From Candidatus Aminicenantes bacterium (lineage in GTDB: Bacteria > Acidobacteriota > Aminicenantia > Aminicenantales > Saccharicenantaceae), in NCBI GenBank assembly GCA_963805045.1, contig CAWDTC010000060.1:28033-92032 (forward strand): DNA of 64,000 bases. Direction: 5' to 3'. Under the pieces are notes generated by a model that did no database searches, had not been told where the DNA came from, and was given only the letters and a program-made list of their open reading frames with translations. Of this stretch, positions 19,211-30,657 are shown one piece after another (the first letter of the stretch is position 1; each line of letters starts with the position of its first letter). The position numbers and the translations under genes are program-made.

Positions 19211-19702
19211 CTAACGGCCCAGGCGGCCCTGCCGGGCCTGGTTCAGCTTCTCCCCCAGCCCCCGGGCGAAGTCGACGAGGAAGATGAGATACTTCCCCTT
19301 CTGGACCGGCGTCAGGCTCTCGTCGAGGGCGGCTTCGAACTCCGCGTCCTTTTGCCGAACGGACTCCCGGAGGTCGCGGACCTGCTGGACCAGGGCCAGG
19401 ACTTCCGGCTCGCGCGCCGGCGTCCGGTCGAGGGCCGCCCGGAGGTCGCGGAGCGCGGCGCCCATGCGGTTCTGCAGCTCGGACTTCTCCTTGTCGATCC
19501 GGGTCAGGGCCGGAAAGAGCTTGGCCGTCTGGGCTTCGCTCAGCTCGAGGGCCTCCGTCATGCGCAGCAACCGCAGGGTGTTGATGTTGTCCCGGAGACG
19601 GGCCCGGTTCTGAGGCTGCCCCTGGAGCGGCCCGGCCGCCGCCGCGCCCATGAGGACGGCCGCGGCGAAGAGGATGATCCCTTTCTTGGTCATCGCGTTC
19701 AT
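19211..19702 (-). CDS. Exported Spy/CpxP-like helical protein
   Basis: Own RBS (GGAGGAG), signal peptide MTKKGIILFAAAVLMGAAAA, LELSEAQ and LTPVQ (LTxxQ) motifs; joined to the anti-sigma ORF in the track, probably by an indel. Confidence 0.7.
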   Translation of the reverse strand: MNAMTKKGIILFAAAVLMGAAAAGPLQGQPQNRARLRDNINTLRLLRMTEALELSEAQTAKLFPALTRIDKEKSELQNRMGAALRDLRAALDRTPAREPEVLALVQQVRDLRESVRQKDAEFEAALDESLTPVQKGKYLIFLVDFARGLGEKLNQARQGRLGR

Positions 19703-20320
19703 GACACTCCTCCGAGTTTCGTTTCTTTTTGCAGAGCGGACTCGATCGTCGCCCAGCTCCCCCTCGGTCAAGGACTCCCAGAAGAGCGGGTTGTCGCCGA
19801 AGGAGACCGGGGGTTCCCCGGCCGCCGGCCGGACCGTCTCCTCGATCGAGGCCACGACGGCCCTGTCGAGCGAGCTCTCGAGCTCCGGGGTCGCGCCGGC
19901 CTCGACGAGGACCTGGGCCAGGGAATCCTCGTACGGCAAGGGGACCGCCTCCCGCCCCGCCCCCGGCCGCAGGAAGACCAGGTAGACCGCGAGGAGGGCC
20001 AGGGCGGCCGAGGCCGCCGCGGCCCAGGCCCACTTCGCGCCCGGGAGACGCGGCGCCCCCCTCCCGGCCCTCGCCGGCTCCGGTCCGGAGGCGGCGGCCA
20101 CCCTGGCCTCGAGGCGACGGCCGAAATCCGCCCAGTCGCCCGCCGTCAGGCCGGGGTCGGCCAGGCCGCCCGCGCGGGCCTGGATGAGCCGCGCCTCCCG
20201 CTCGTACCCGCGGCAGGCCGCGCAGCCCTCGAGGTGGCGCGCCAGCCGGACCGCCCTGCGCCCGGACAGGGCCCCGTCCAGGGCGTCGGAGATCATCCGT
20301 TCCGCTCGTTCGCATCTCAT
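19699..20320 (-). CDS. Zinc-finger (zf-HC2) transmembrane anti-sigma factor
   Basis: MRC..HLEGCAAC (HxxxCxxC), TM WAWAAAASAALALLAVYLVFL; overlaps the ECF sigma stop. Confidence 0.8.
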
Positions 20321-20889
20321 GTTCCGACCTCGCTGACATACGGCTTGAGCCTGGCCTGGAGGAGCTTGCGGGCCTTGTGCATCCGCCAGGAAACGGTGTT
20401 CTCCGAGCAGCCCAGGGCCCGCGCCGCCTCGGCGTGGCTCAGCCCCTGGTCCACGACCAGGAGGAAGGACGCCTTGAAGTGCGGCGGCAGGGCGTCGACG
20501 GCCTCGGCCAGGCGGCGGCGGAGCTCGCCGTCGATCGAGCGGGCCTCGGGAGAGGCCTCCGCCGGAGGGTCCCCGCCGCAGGCCACGTTCTCATCGAACT
20601 CGGCCCGGCCCTTCTCCGGACCGCGCTCCCTCAGGAAATTGAGGGTCCGGTTGACGGCGATCCGGTAGAGCCAGGTATAGAAGCTCGACCTCCCGTTGAA
20701 GCCCGAGATCGAGCGGAAAGCCGTCATGAAAACCTCCTGGCTCAGGTCGTCCGCGTCCGAACGGTTCCTCGTCATCCCGTAGACCAGCCGGAAGACCCTC
20801 TGCTGGTGGCGGCGGGCGAGCTCCGAGAAGGCCTCGGTCCGCCCCCGTTGGACGTCCCCGACGAGGACCTCATCCGGCCGTTCATCCAT
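20317..20889 (-). CDS. ECF RNA polymerase sigma factor
   Basis: DADDLSQEVF, FYTWLYRIAVN, region 4 LSHAEAARALGCSENTVSWRMHKAR. Confidence 0.92.
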   Translation of the reverse strand: MDERPDEVLVGDVQRGRTEAFSELARRHQQRVFRLVYGMTRNRSDADDLSQEVFMTAFRSISGFNGRSSFYTWLYRIAVNRTLNFLRERGPEKGRAEFDENVACGGDPPAEASPEARSIDGELRRRLAEAVDALPPHFKASFLLVVDQGLSHAEAARALGCSENTVSWRMHKARKLLQARLKPYVSEVGT

Positions 20890-21035
20890 CTGTCCCTCTT
20901 AACCTTAGACACGCATTATAGCCCAACCTTTGCCCTCAGGGGAGCCCCCCTGCCCCGCCTTCCGAGCCGCCCCGGCCCCCCCGAGCCCCAGGGGGCCGGA
21001 AATGGCCCGGGAGCCCCTTTTTTACGCCGATTTCG

Positions 21036-21065
21036 TTGACAACCCCGCGGGGCTGCTGTTATCAT
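21036..21065 (+). promoter_or_regulatory. Sigma70-type promoter of the pur operon
   Basis: TTGACA-18 nt-TATCAT with TG extended -10; GGAGG RBS downstream. Confidence 0.6.
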
Positions 21066-21095
21066 TTGGCCTCTCCAGAGGAAAGGCAGGAGGTC

Positions 21096-22399
21096 ATGAT
21101 CGAGCGCTATACGCGCCCGGAGATGGGCGCCATCTGGACCGACGAGAACCGCTACCGGAAATGGCTCGACGTCGAGCTCGCCGTCTGCGAGGCCTGGGCC
21201 CGCCTGGGCAAGATCCCCCGGCCCGCGCTCCGCGAGATCAAGGCCAAGGCGGCTTCTCGGTGGCCCGCATCGACGAGATCGAGAAGGTCGTCAAGCACGA
21301 CATCATCGCCTTCCTGACCTCGGTCGCGGAGAAGGTCGGCCCCGAGTCGCGCTACATCCACCTCGGCCTGACCTCCTACGACGTCGTCGACACCGCCCTC
21401 TCCCTGCTCATCCGCGAGTCCCTGCTCAAGGTCCGGGCCGGCGCTCGCGGACCTCCTCCGCCTGCTCAAGCGGCAGGCCCTCAAGTACAAGAAGACCCCG
21501 TGCATCGGCCGGACCCACGGCATCCACGCCGAGCCGGTGACCTTCGGCTTCAAGATCCTCGTCTGGTACGAGGAGATCAGGCGCCACCTCCGCCGGCTGG
21601 ACGAGGCCCTCGACGTCATCTCGGTCGGCCGCATCTCGGGCTCGGTCGGGACCTACATCCATCTGGACCCGCGCGTCGAGACGACGGCCCTCCGGCAGGC
21701 TCAAGCTCCGGCCGGCCCTGGTCTCGACCCAGGTCCTCCAGCGGGACCGCCACGCCGAGGTCCTCCAGGCCCTGGCCCTGCTCGCGACCTCGGTCGAGAA
21801 GATTCGCCGTCGAGATCCGCCACCTCCAGCGGACCGAGGTCGGCGAGGTCGAGGAGCCGTTCACCAAGGGCCAGAAGGGCTCCTCCTCGATGCCGCACAA
21901 GAAGAACCCCGTCCGCTGCGAGCGGATCTCCGGCCTGGCCCGCCTCGTCCGGGCCAACGCCCAGGTCGGCCTGGAGAACATGGTCCTCTGGCACGAGCGG
22001 GACATCTCCCACTCCTCGGCCGAGCGGGTCGTCTTCCCCGACTCGTTCATCCTGACCGACTTCCTGCTGGCCGAGGCCATCGACATCGTCGGCCACTGGA
22101 CCGTCCACCCCGACCGGATGCGGGCCAACATCGACGCCACGCGCGGCCTGATCTTCTCCCAGAGCGTCCTCCTGGCCCTGACCAGGAAGGGCCTGACGCG
22201 CGAGGACGCCTACCAGCTCGTCCAGCGGAACAGCCTCAGGGCCTGGAACGAGGGGCTCGATTTCCGCAAGCTCGCCGCCGCCGACCCCGACGTGGCCAAG
22301 GCCCTCTCGCCCGCCGAGGTCGCCGCCTGCTTCTCCCTCGAGCCCTACCTCGCAAAAATCGACGACATCTTTGAAAGGGTATTCGCCGATGAGAGTTAG
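21096..22399 (+). CDS. purB: Adenylosuccinate lyase (several apparent frameshifts)
   Basis: MIERYTRPEM, HLGLTSYDVVD, GRTHGIHAEP, GSSSMPHKKNP, WHERDISHSS. Confidence 0.95.
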
Positions 22400-22646
22400 G
22401 ATCCTCGTTTCGTTCAAGGACAGCGTCCTCGACCCCCAGGGCCAGACGGTCAAGAACGCCCTCCACACGATGGGCTACGCCGCCGTCCAGGACGTCCGGC
22501 AGGGCAAGGTCTTCGAGCTCGAGCTCGACCGCGTGCCGAAGAAGGAGGCCGAGGCCCTCGTCGCCGAGATCGCCCACAAGGTCCTGGCCAACCCCATCAT
22601 CGAGAAATACACCTGGGAGTTCATCAAGTCGCCCGCGGGGAAATGA
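22389..22646 (+). CDS. purS: FGAM synthase subunit PurS
   Basis: [28 protein letters not shown]. Confidence 0.95.
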   Translation: MRVRILVSFKDSVLDPQGQTVKNALHTMGYAAVQDVRQGKVFELELDRVPKKEAEALVAEIAHKVLANPIIEKYTWEFIKSPAGK

Positions 22647-22648
22647 GC

Positions 22649-23394
22649 ATGAGATTCGGCGTCGTCCAGTTCCCCGGCTCCAACTGCGACTACGACACGC
22701 TCTACGCCCTCAAGTCCGTCGTCAAGCAGGACACGGTCCTCCTCTGGCACAAGGACCACGACCTCAAGGGCGTCGACTGCGTCGTCCTGCCGGGCGGCTT
22801 CTCCTACGGCGACTACCTGCGCTCCGGCGCCATCGCCCGCTTCTCCCCGCTCATGCAGGGAGGTCAGGGCCTTCGCCCGCAGGGGCGGGCTCGTCCTGGG
22901 CATCTGCAACGGCTTCCAGGTCCTCCTCGAGCTCGGCCTCCTGCCGGGGGCCATGCTCCGGAACAAGGACCTGAAGTTCCTCTGCCAGCACGTCCGCATC
23001 CGCGTCGAGAACGCCGGCACGCCCTTCACCGGGGCCGCCCGCGAGGGCCAGGTCCTGAGCATCCCCATCGCCCACTTCGACGGCAACTACTACGCCCCGC
23101 CGCGGACGCTGGCCGACATCGAGCGGCACCGCCAGGTCGTCTTCCGCTACTGCGACGCCGCCGGCCGGGTGACCGCGGCGGCCAACGTCAACGGCTCGCT
23201 CAACAACATCGCCGGCCTCGACGAACAAGGCCGGCAACGTCCTGGGCCTGATGCCCCATCCCGAGCGGGCGTCCGAGGCCCTCCTCGGGAGCGAGGACGG
23301 CCGTGTCATCTTCGAATCCCTCGTCGCGGGCTTCGCGGCGCGCCGCAAGCCGAAGGCCACCCCCGCGCGAACGAAGGCCCGCCATGGTCGATGA
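22649..23394 (+). CDS. purQ: FGAM synthase subunit PurQ (apparent frameshifts)
   Basis: [34 protein letters not shown]. Confidence 0.93.
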
Positions 23395-25596
23395 GAAGAT
23401 CCTGGACCAGCACAACCTGACGCGAGGAGGAGTACCGGGCCATCGTCGGCTTCGTCGGCCGCGAGCCGAACCTGACCGAGCTCGGCATCTTCTCGGTCAT
23501 GTGGTCCGAGCACTGCAGCTACAAGAGCTCCAAGGTCCACCTGAAGAAGCTGCCGACGGCCGGGCAAGCACGTCGTCCAGGGGCCCGGGGAGAACGCCGG
23601 CGTCCTCGACATCGGCGACGGCCAGGTCGTCGTCTTCAAGATCGAATCCCACAACCACCCCTCCTACATCGAGCCCTTCCAGGGCGCGGCCACGGGCGTC
23701 GGCGGCATCCTCCGCGACATCTTCACCATGGGCGCCCGGCCCATCGCCGTCCTCGACTCCCTGCGCTTCGGCCCGCCGACGGACCCGAAGAACCGGTCCA
23801 TCATGGAAGGCGTCGTCTCCGGCATCGCCGGCTACGGCAACTCGATCGGCGTCCCGACCGTCGGCGGCGAGATCTACTTCGACGAATGCTACTCCGCGAA
23901 CCCCCTGGTCAACGTCTTCTGCCTGGGGCTCGCCGACAAGGACAAGATCTTCTACGCCAAGGCCGAGGGCATCGGCAACCCCGTCCTCTACGTCGGCGCC
24001 AAGACCGGCCGGGACGGCATCCACGGCGCGACCATGGCCTCGGCGGAATTCGGCAAGGAGACCGAGCACAAGCGGCCCAACGTCCAGGTCGGCGACCCGT
24101 TCAAGGAGAAGCTCCTGCTCGAGGCCTGCCTGGAGGTCATGTCCCGCGACCTCATCGTCGGCATCCAGGACATGGGCGCGGCCGGGCTGACCTGCTCGAC
24201 GACCGAGATGGCGGCCAAGGGAGGGGTCGGCATCGAGATCGACCTCGACCTCGTGCCCCAGCGCGAAGCCGGCATGACCCCCTACGAGATCATGCTCTCC
24301 GAGTCGCAGGAGCGCATGCTCCTCGTCACGACGAAAGAGAACGTCAAGAGGGTCCAGGAGGTCTTCGCCAAGTGGGACCTCGACGCCCCGATCATCGGGC
24401 ACGTCACCGAGGGCGGCCAGGTCCGCGTCAGGTTCAAGGGCGAGGTCGTCGTCGACATCCCCGTCGATGCCGTCGTCAACCTCTGCCCCGCCTACCGCCG
24501 GGCCAGCCGCCCGCCGGCCCAGGCCCCCGGCCATTCCCGGCTCCCCCTCCTGCCCGTCCCGGCCGATTTCGACGACATTTTTCTGCGCGTCCTGGCCTCG
24601 CCGACGATCGCCGACAAGGAGTGGGTCTTCCGCCAGTACGACCACATGGTCCAGGTCAACACGGCCGTCCTGCCGGGCGCCGACGCGGCCGTCCTGCGGA
24701 TCAAGGGGTCGAAGAAGGCCCTGGCCATGACCCTCGACGGCAACTCGCTCTACGCCCTCCTCGACCCGAGGACCGGGGGCGCCGCGGCCGTGGCCGAGGC
24801 CTGCCGGAACCTGGCCTGTGTCGGGGCCCGGCCGATCGGCGTCACGAACTGCCTGAACTTCGGCAATCCCGAAAAGCCGGAGGTCATGTGGCAGTTCGAG
24901 CAGGTCATCGACGGCCTGGCCGAGGCCTGCCGGGCCTTCGAGATCCCCGTCACCGGCGGCAACGTCAGCTTCTACAACGACACCGAGGGCGTCTCCATCC
25001 ATCCGACGCCCGTCCTGGGCATCGTCGGCATCATCGAGGACGTGCGGAAGACGGTCGGGCCCGGCTTCAGGGACGCCGGCGACACGATCCTCCTCGTCGG
25101 CGAGAACCGCGAGGAGCTCGGCGGCTCGGAGTACCTGCGCATCGTCCACCGCCTCAAGGCGGGGGCGCCGCCGCGCCTGGACCTCGCCGCCGAGAGGCGC
25201 GTCCAGAGGTTCTGCCTCCAGGCCATCGAGGCCGGGCTCGTCGCCTCGGCCCACGACCTCTCGGAGGGCGGCCTGGCCGTGGCCGTGGCCGAGAGCTCGT
25301 TCCACTCCCGCGGCCAGATGGGCTGCCTCGTCGAGCTCGAGGACCCCATCCGCCCGGACGCGCTGGCCTTCGGCGAGACCCAGTCGCGCATCCTCATCAG
25401 CGCGCGCAAGACCGACCTCGACAAGCTCCTGGCCTTGGCCAAGGCGGCCGGGGTGCGGCTCGCGGCCGTCGGCCGGACCGGCGGCCAGGACATCGTCCTC
25501 CGCCATCAGGGCCGGGACCTCATCCGCGTGCCGGTCGAGGACGCTTTCCGGAGCTGGAAGGACAGCCTCCCGGCCGCCTTCCGCGTCCGCCGCTAA
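23384..25596 (+). CDS. purL: FGAM synthase subunit PurL (apparent frameshifts near the 5' end)
   Basis: [48 protein letters not shown]. Confidence 0.96.
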
Positions 25597-25606
25597 AAGG
25601 GGACCC

Positions 25607-26243
25607 ATGGACGAAGCGACGTTCCGCAGCCCGAAGAAGAGGGGCCGGGTCGCCGTCTTCCTCTCCGGCCGGGGCTCCAACTTCATGGCCATCCGCGAGG
25701 CCGCCCGCGAGGGGGCCATCGACGCCGAGATCGGCCTCGTCCTCTCCAACAAGGCGGACGCGCCCGGCCTGCTCAAGGCGAAGGAGTGGGGGCTCGAGAC
25801 GGCGTTCCTCGACGCCAAGCTCTTCGCCTCGCGCGAGGATTACGACCGGGCCGCCGCCCGCGAGGTCGGACGCCCGGGGGATCGACCTCATCTGCTTGGC
25901 CGGGTACATGAAGGTCCTGACGCCGCAGTTCTGCGACGCCTACAAGCACCGCATCGTCAACATCCACCCCGCCCTGCTGCCCGCCTTCCCCGGCCTCCAT
26001 GTCCAGCAGAAGGCCATCGACTGGGGCGTCCGCGTCTCCGGGTGCACGGTCCACTTCGTCGCCGCCGAGGTGGACATGGGCCCGATCATCCTCCAGGCCG
26101 CCGTGCCCGTCCTCCAGGACGACACGGAGGAGACGCTGGCCGCGCGCATCCTGGTCGAGGAGCACAGGATCTACCCGGAGTCCGTCCGGCTCTACTTCGA
26201 AGGCCGGCTCGAGGTCCGGGGCCGCCGCGTCTTCATCCTTTAG
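25607..26243 (+). CDS. purN: Phosphoribosylglycinamide formyltransferase (apparent frameshift near 25870)
   Basis: [38 protein letters not shown]. Confidence 0.95.
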
Positions 26244-26247
26244 AAAC

Positions 26248-26290
26248 AAAGAGGGACTGTCCCCGAAAGCGGGACAGTCCCTCTTTTTCT
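26248..26290 (+). terminator. Intrinsic terminator of the pur operon
   Basis: GAGGGACTGTCCC-cgaaagc-GGGACAGTCCCTC followed by TTTTT. Confidence 0.85.
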
Positions 26291-26304
26291 TATCCCCCAG
26301 CAAT

Positions 26305-26333
26305 TTGACCGCTCCGCGGACGCCTGCAATAAT
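26305..26333 (+). promoter_or_regulatory. Sigma70-type promoter
   Basis: TTGACC-17 nt-AATAAT with TG extension; AAGGAGG RBS follows. Confidence 0.5.
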
Positions 26334-26365
26334 GGATGTCGAATCCGTCGCTAAAGGAGGGGATC

Positions 26366-27013
26366 ATGAGAATCGGCATCCTCGGATCGGGGGGCGTGGG
26401 CCAGGACCTGGGGCTCGGCTTCGTCGGCCTGGGACATGAAGTCAAGATGGGAAGCCGCCATCCGGGCAAGGAGGAGATCAAGGCCTGGCTCGGCCGGGCC
26501 GGGCAAGAAGGCCTCGGCCGGGACCTTCGGCGAGGCGGCGGCCTTCGGCGAGATGGCCGTCCTGGCGACGCACTGGGCGGGGACGGAGAACGCCGTGCGG
26601 CTGGCCGGGCCGGAGAACCTCGCCGGCAAGGTCGTCATCGACGCCACCAACCCCCTGCTCTTCCGGCCGAAAGCCCTGCCCGAGCTGGCCGTGGGCGGCG
26701 AGCGACTCGGCGCGCAGAGCAGGTCCAGCGCTGGCTGCCCAAGGCGAAGGTCGTCAAGGCGTTCAACACCGTCAACCACGCCCACATGATCAAGCCGTCG
26801 TTCCCGGGCGGGCCTCCCGACATGTTCATCTGCGGGAACGACGAGGCCGCCCGGAAGCTCGTCGGAGGGATTTGCCGCGACTTCGGCTGGGGGGTCATCG
26901 ACATGGGCGGGCTCGAGGCGGCGCGGCTGCTCGAGCCGCTGGCCCTGGTTTACATCCAGAACGCCATCCGGACGGAGAACTGGGACCGCGCCTTCAAGCT
27001 GCTCAAAAAATAG
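26366..27013 (+). CDS. NADPH-dependent F420 reductase-like oxidoreductase (apparent frameshifts)
   Basis: IGILGSGGVG Rossmann fold, KVVIDATNP, VVKAFNT, ICGNDEAA, DMGGLEAARLLE. Confidence 0.85.
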   Translation: MRIGILGSGGVGQDLGLGFVGLGHEVKMGSRHPGKEEIKAWLGRAGQEGLGRDLRRGGGLRRDGRPGDALGGDGERRAAGRAGEPRRQGRHRRHQPPALPAESPARAGRGRRATRRAEQVQRWLPKAKVVKAFNTVNHAHMIKPSFPGGPPDMFICGNDEAARKLVGGICRDFGWGVIDMGGLEAARLLEPLALVYIQNAIRTENWDRAFKLLKK

Positions 27014-27016
27014 CCC

Positions 27017-28517
27017 TCACACGAGGACCTTCGGCGGCACGGCGCGGGGCCGCTCGCCGAAGACGCGAGCGTAGAGCTCCGGGTAGGCGTCCTTGCCGCC
27101 GAGGAGAAGGCACGCGAGCGGCATCCGCCGGCGGGCCAGGCGCGACATCTCCGCCGCGACCTCGCGGATCTCCCACTGGGCCGAGGCGTCCTCGCGCAGC
27201 CGCGAGACGTGGTAGAGCTCCCGGACGTTCAGCTTGATCAGGGCCCGGCGGCGGTGGGCGTTGGTCAGGACGTAGTCCGCGGCCGGGCCGGCCGTCTTCC
27301 GCAGGACGGCATGGGCTTCGTCCGTCCGCGCGATCATCTCCAGGAACTCCGCGCTCGGCCCCGATCTCCCGGATCGACGGCGGGACGGTCACGCCGAGCG
27401 CCGGGTCGTAGGGCTGCCGGGTCAGCGTGGCCATGCGGTGCCGCTTGAGCTGGGCGAAGCAGGACGCGGAGACGACGAGGTCGAAGGCGAGGTCGGCGTG
27501 CTCGAATTCCCGGAGCGGGAAATCGTAGAACTCCATGCGCCGGAAAGCGGCGCGGACGAACTCCTTCCGCCGCGCCGGCCCGGCGGCCTTCACCCGCTCG
27601 AGGCAGGCGGCGTAGGAGGACCCGGACGCGGAATGGAGGAGGGCGGCCAGGACGCGGTCGTCGCCGTCGGGGGTGAAGCCCGCCAGGGCGACGCCGGCGC
27701 GCCCTCCTCTCCCCCGCCCGGCCCGCCTCGCCTCGGGCAGCGCGGCCGCGGCCCGCTCGAGATCGGCGCGGGTCCGGGCGTCGAACTCCGAGGCCTCGGT
27801 GAAGAGGATGATGGACGGCGCGACCTCCTTGGCCAGGGCCGACAGCCGGGCGTTGAGCTCCCGGATCTCCTCGCTCTCGAGGGCGGCGAAGCGGCGGATG
27901 AGGAGCTCGAGGTTGCGGCCGTTGATGGTCAGGCCGAGCTGCCCCTCGGTCGCCAGGCTGACGATGTAGCGGGCGTCCTCCTTGGCCCAGCCGTCGAGGA
28001 CGGCGTGGTTCCTGGGGTTCTCGGCCTCCTCCCGGTGCTTGTCGAAGACGTGCGGCCGGAGCCGCTCGTAGAACGTGTGGTAGAGGGCGTTCTGCGCCCG
28101 CACGGTCGAGACGAAGAGGTCCTCCCCGCCGGCCCGCCGGATCTCCGCGGGCACGACGAAGTCCTCGCCCAAGGTGATGTAGCGCTGGGACTTTTCCGTG
28201 AACGAGCAGAGGCGGAACCGCTCGATCTCCTCGATGGCCAGGCGGCTCGCGCCGATGATGTCGAAGTTGAAGACGGCGTGCTCGGCCACGGAGTGGTGGC
28301 CCATCTTGAAGATGATCGTCTGGTTCGAGCGCCGCGCCCGCTCGACCTCGGCCCGGGCCGCGGCCCGCAGCTCGTCGGCCGGCCGCGCGTCCCGCGAGAT
28401 CCGGGCGTAGGAGGCGGCGAGCGTTTCCGGCGTCACGTCGTCGCGGGGCGGGGAGTTTCGCCGCAGCTCGTCGAGGACGGCGCTGTCGACGTTGTAGCCG
28501 GCCAGGAGGACGCGCAT
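27017..28517 (-). CDS. thyX: FAD-dependent thymidylate synthase with two tandem Thy1 domains (apparent frameshift near 27345)
   Basis: GHHSVAEH, RFRLCSFTEKSQRY, KEDARY, NGRNL; second domain REFEH, QLKRHR, NVRELYH, AQWEIR. Confidence 0.85.
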
Positions 28518-28527
28518 GGGTGCCTTT

Positions 28528-28556
28528 ACCTTAGAGGCCGCCGCTGGAAATGTCAA
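28528..28556 (-). promoter_or_regulatory. Sigma70-type promoter of thyX
   Basis: Minus strand TTGACA-17 nt-TAAGGT. Confidence 0.6.
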
Positions 28557-28561
28557 CCCGA

Positions 28562-28827
28562 TTCCGGACCTATGATCGGAGTTGCCCGGACGCGGTCCTG
28601 TCCGAAGTCCTTCGACCGTTCGGGATGCCTCCACGAGTGAGTCCACTCGTGATTTGCCCGCACTCCTCAGGAGAGTGCTGAACGAGTTCCGCAGACGCCG
28701 AGAAAGAACGGTTCGGGGAGGCGTGAAGAACCGCACTCTGGAGTGGAGGCCAACCCCGAGGCTCCGAAGGCCGGACGGGGACGCACCAGGACAGGACCCG
28801 TCCGCTCCTAAGATGGGAATCGGCAAC
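28562..28827. repeat. Structured noncoding element A (related to 48636-48908)
   Basis: Nested inverted repeats; shares GCACTCTGGAGTGGAGGCCA and GGACCCGTCCG exactly with element B. Confidence 0.55.
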
Positions 28828-28838
28828 ACGTACGGACA

Positions 28839-28867
28839 TTGAATCCCGGTCGGGCTTGGACTAATCT
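28839..28867 (+). promoter_or_regulatory. Sigma70-type promoter of polX
   Basis: TTGAAT-17 nt-TAATCT. Confidence 0.45.
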
Positions 28868-28886
28868 AGAGCCGAAGGGGAACCCG

Positions 28887-30657
28887 ATGAAAAACGCGGA
28901 GATCGCCGGCCTCTTCGACCGCATCGCCGACGCCCTGGAGATCCGCGGCGAGTCCGGCTTCAAGGTCGTGGCCTACCGCAAGGCCGCGCGCATCCTCCAG
29001 GACATGACCGAGGACATCGAGGCCGTGGCCCGCGAGGGCCGCCTGCGGACGATCCCCGGCATCGGGAGCGGCCTGGCCGAGAAGGTCGAGGAGTACCTCA
29101 AGACCGGCAGGATGGCCAAGCTCAAAGAGGCCATGACGGGCCTTCCCGAGGGCCTCCTCGGCCTCCTCGAGATCCAGGGCCTCGGCGGCAAGACGATCCA
29201 CCTCATGCACCAGGAGCTCGGCGTCCGGGGACTCGACGACCTCAAGCGGGCGATCGCCGACGGCTCCCTGGCCGCGCTCAAGGGCATGGGCGAGAAGAAG
29301 GTCGACAACATCCGCCGGGCCATCGAGACGCGGGCCCGGGTCGCCGAGCGCATCTCCATCTGCGAGGCCGCCGTCGTCGCCGACGGCGTCGTCGCCTATC
29401 TCGAGAAGGGGCCGGGCATCAGCCGCGTCTCCGCCGCCGGCTCCCTCCGCCGGATGAAGGAGACCGTCGGCGACATCGACATCCTCGCCTGCGGGAAGAA
29501 CGGGGCGAAGATCATCCGCTACTTCGTGCGGCACCCGGACGCCGTCCGGGTCCTGGCGGAGGGCGAGACCAAGGGCTCGATCGTCGTCCGCGCCGCCGAG
29601 ACCGAGCGCCAGGTCGACCTCCGCATCGTCGCCGAGGCGGAGTACGGCGCCGCCCTCCTCTACTTCACCGGCTCGAAGGCCCACAACATCAAGCTCCGCG
29701 GGCTGGCCAAGGAGCGGGGCCTCAAGATCTCCGAGTACGGCGTCTTCAGGGGCGCGAAACGGCTGGCCAGCCGCGAGGAGGAGGACTGCTACCGGGTCCT
29801 GGGCATGCCGTGGATCCCGCCCGAGATGCGCGAGGACACGGGGGAGATCGAGCTGGCCATGACCGGCCGCCTGCCCCGGCTCGTCGAGCCAGGCGACATC
29901 CGCGGCGACCTCCACGTCCACACGCGGGCGAGCGACGGGAACCTGTCCCTGGCCGAGGTCGTCGGCCTGGCCCGGAAGGTGGGTTACTCCTATATCGCCG
30001 TCTGCGACCATTCGCAGGCCGCGCATTACGCCCACGGCCTCGCCGCCGACCGGCTGCGCGGCCGAGATGGCGGAGATCGAAGCGCTCAACCGGACGCTCC
30101 GGGGATTCCGGGTCCTCGCGGGGACGCGAGGTCGACATCCTGGCCGACGGCTCGCTCGACTTCCCCGACGATCTCCTCGCCCGGCTGGACTTCGTCGTGG
30201 CCGCCGTCCACTCCGGGTTCAAGCAGAACGTGACCGAGCGCATGGTCCGGGCCCTCGCGAACCCGTACGTGCGGACGATCGCCCATCCCTCGGGCCGGCT
30301 GATCTCGGGCCGCGAGGGCTACGAGGTCGACCTCGACCGGGTCATCGCCGCGGCCGCGGCGAACGGCAAGGCCCTCGAGCTCAACGCCTACTTCGACCGG
30401 CTCGACCTCGACGAGCTCCACCTGAAGAAGGCCAAGGAGAAGGGGGTCAAGATCACGCATCGGCACGGACACCCATTCCGCCGGCGGGCTGCGCCATGAT
30501 GCGCTTCGGCGTCGGCATCGCCCGCCGGGCCTGGCTCGGGAAGGCGGACATCCTGAACTGCCTCGACGCCGACGAGCTCGGTGCGGCGCCGAGGCCGGCG
30601 AAGAGAGACGTAGTCGTCCGGACGAGGAGGGGCGACCCGAATGTCATCCTTTCATGA
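28887..30657 (+). CDS. polX: DNA polymerase X with PHP domain (apparent frameshifts; 3' end uncertain)
   Basis: IPGIG Hh[47 protein letters not shown]. Confidence 0.93.

Noticed and set aside
19211-20320. Anti-sigma fused to a Spy/CpxP-like domain
   Set aside because: Internal RBS, ATG and signal peptide at 19702 with an overlapping TGA indicate two genes joined by an indel
20930-21030. GC-rich hairpins and T run upstream of purB as a purine/PRPP/ZTP riboswitch
   Set aside because: Lies upstream of the predicted purB promoter and shows no recognisable aptamer consensus
28660-28678. GCACTC-N7-GAGTGC as a CIRCE element
   Set aside because: Spacer is 7 rather than 9, the TTA/TAA ends are missing, and no chaperone gene is adjacent
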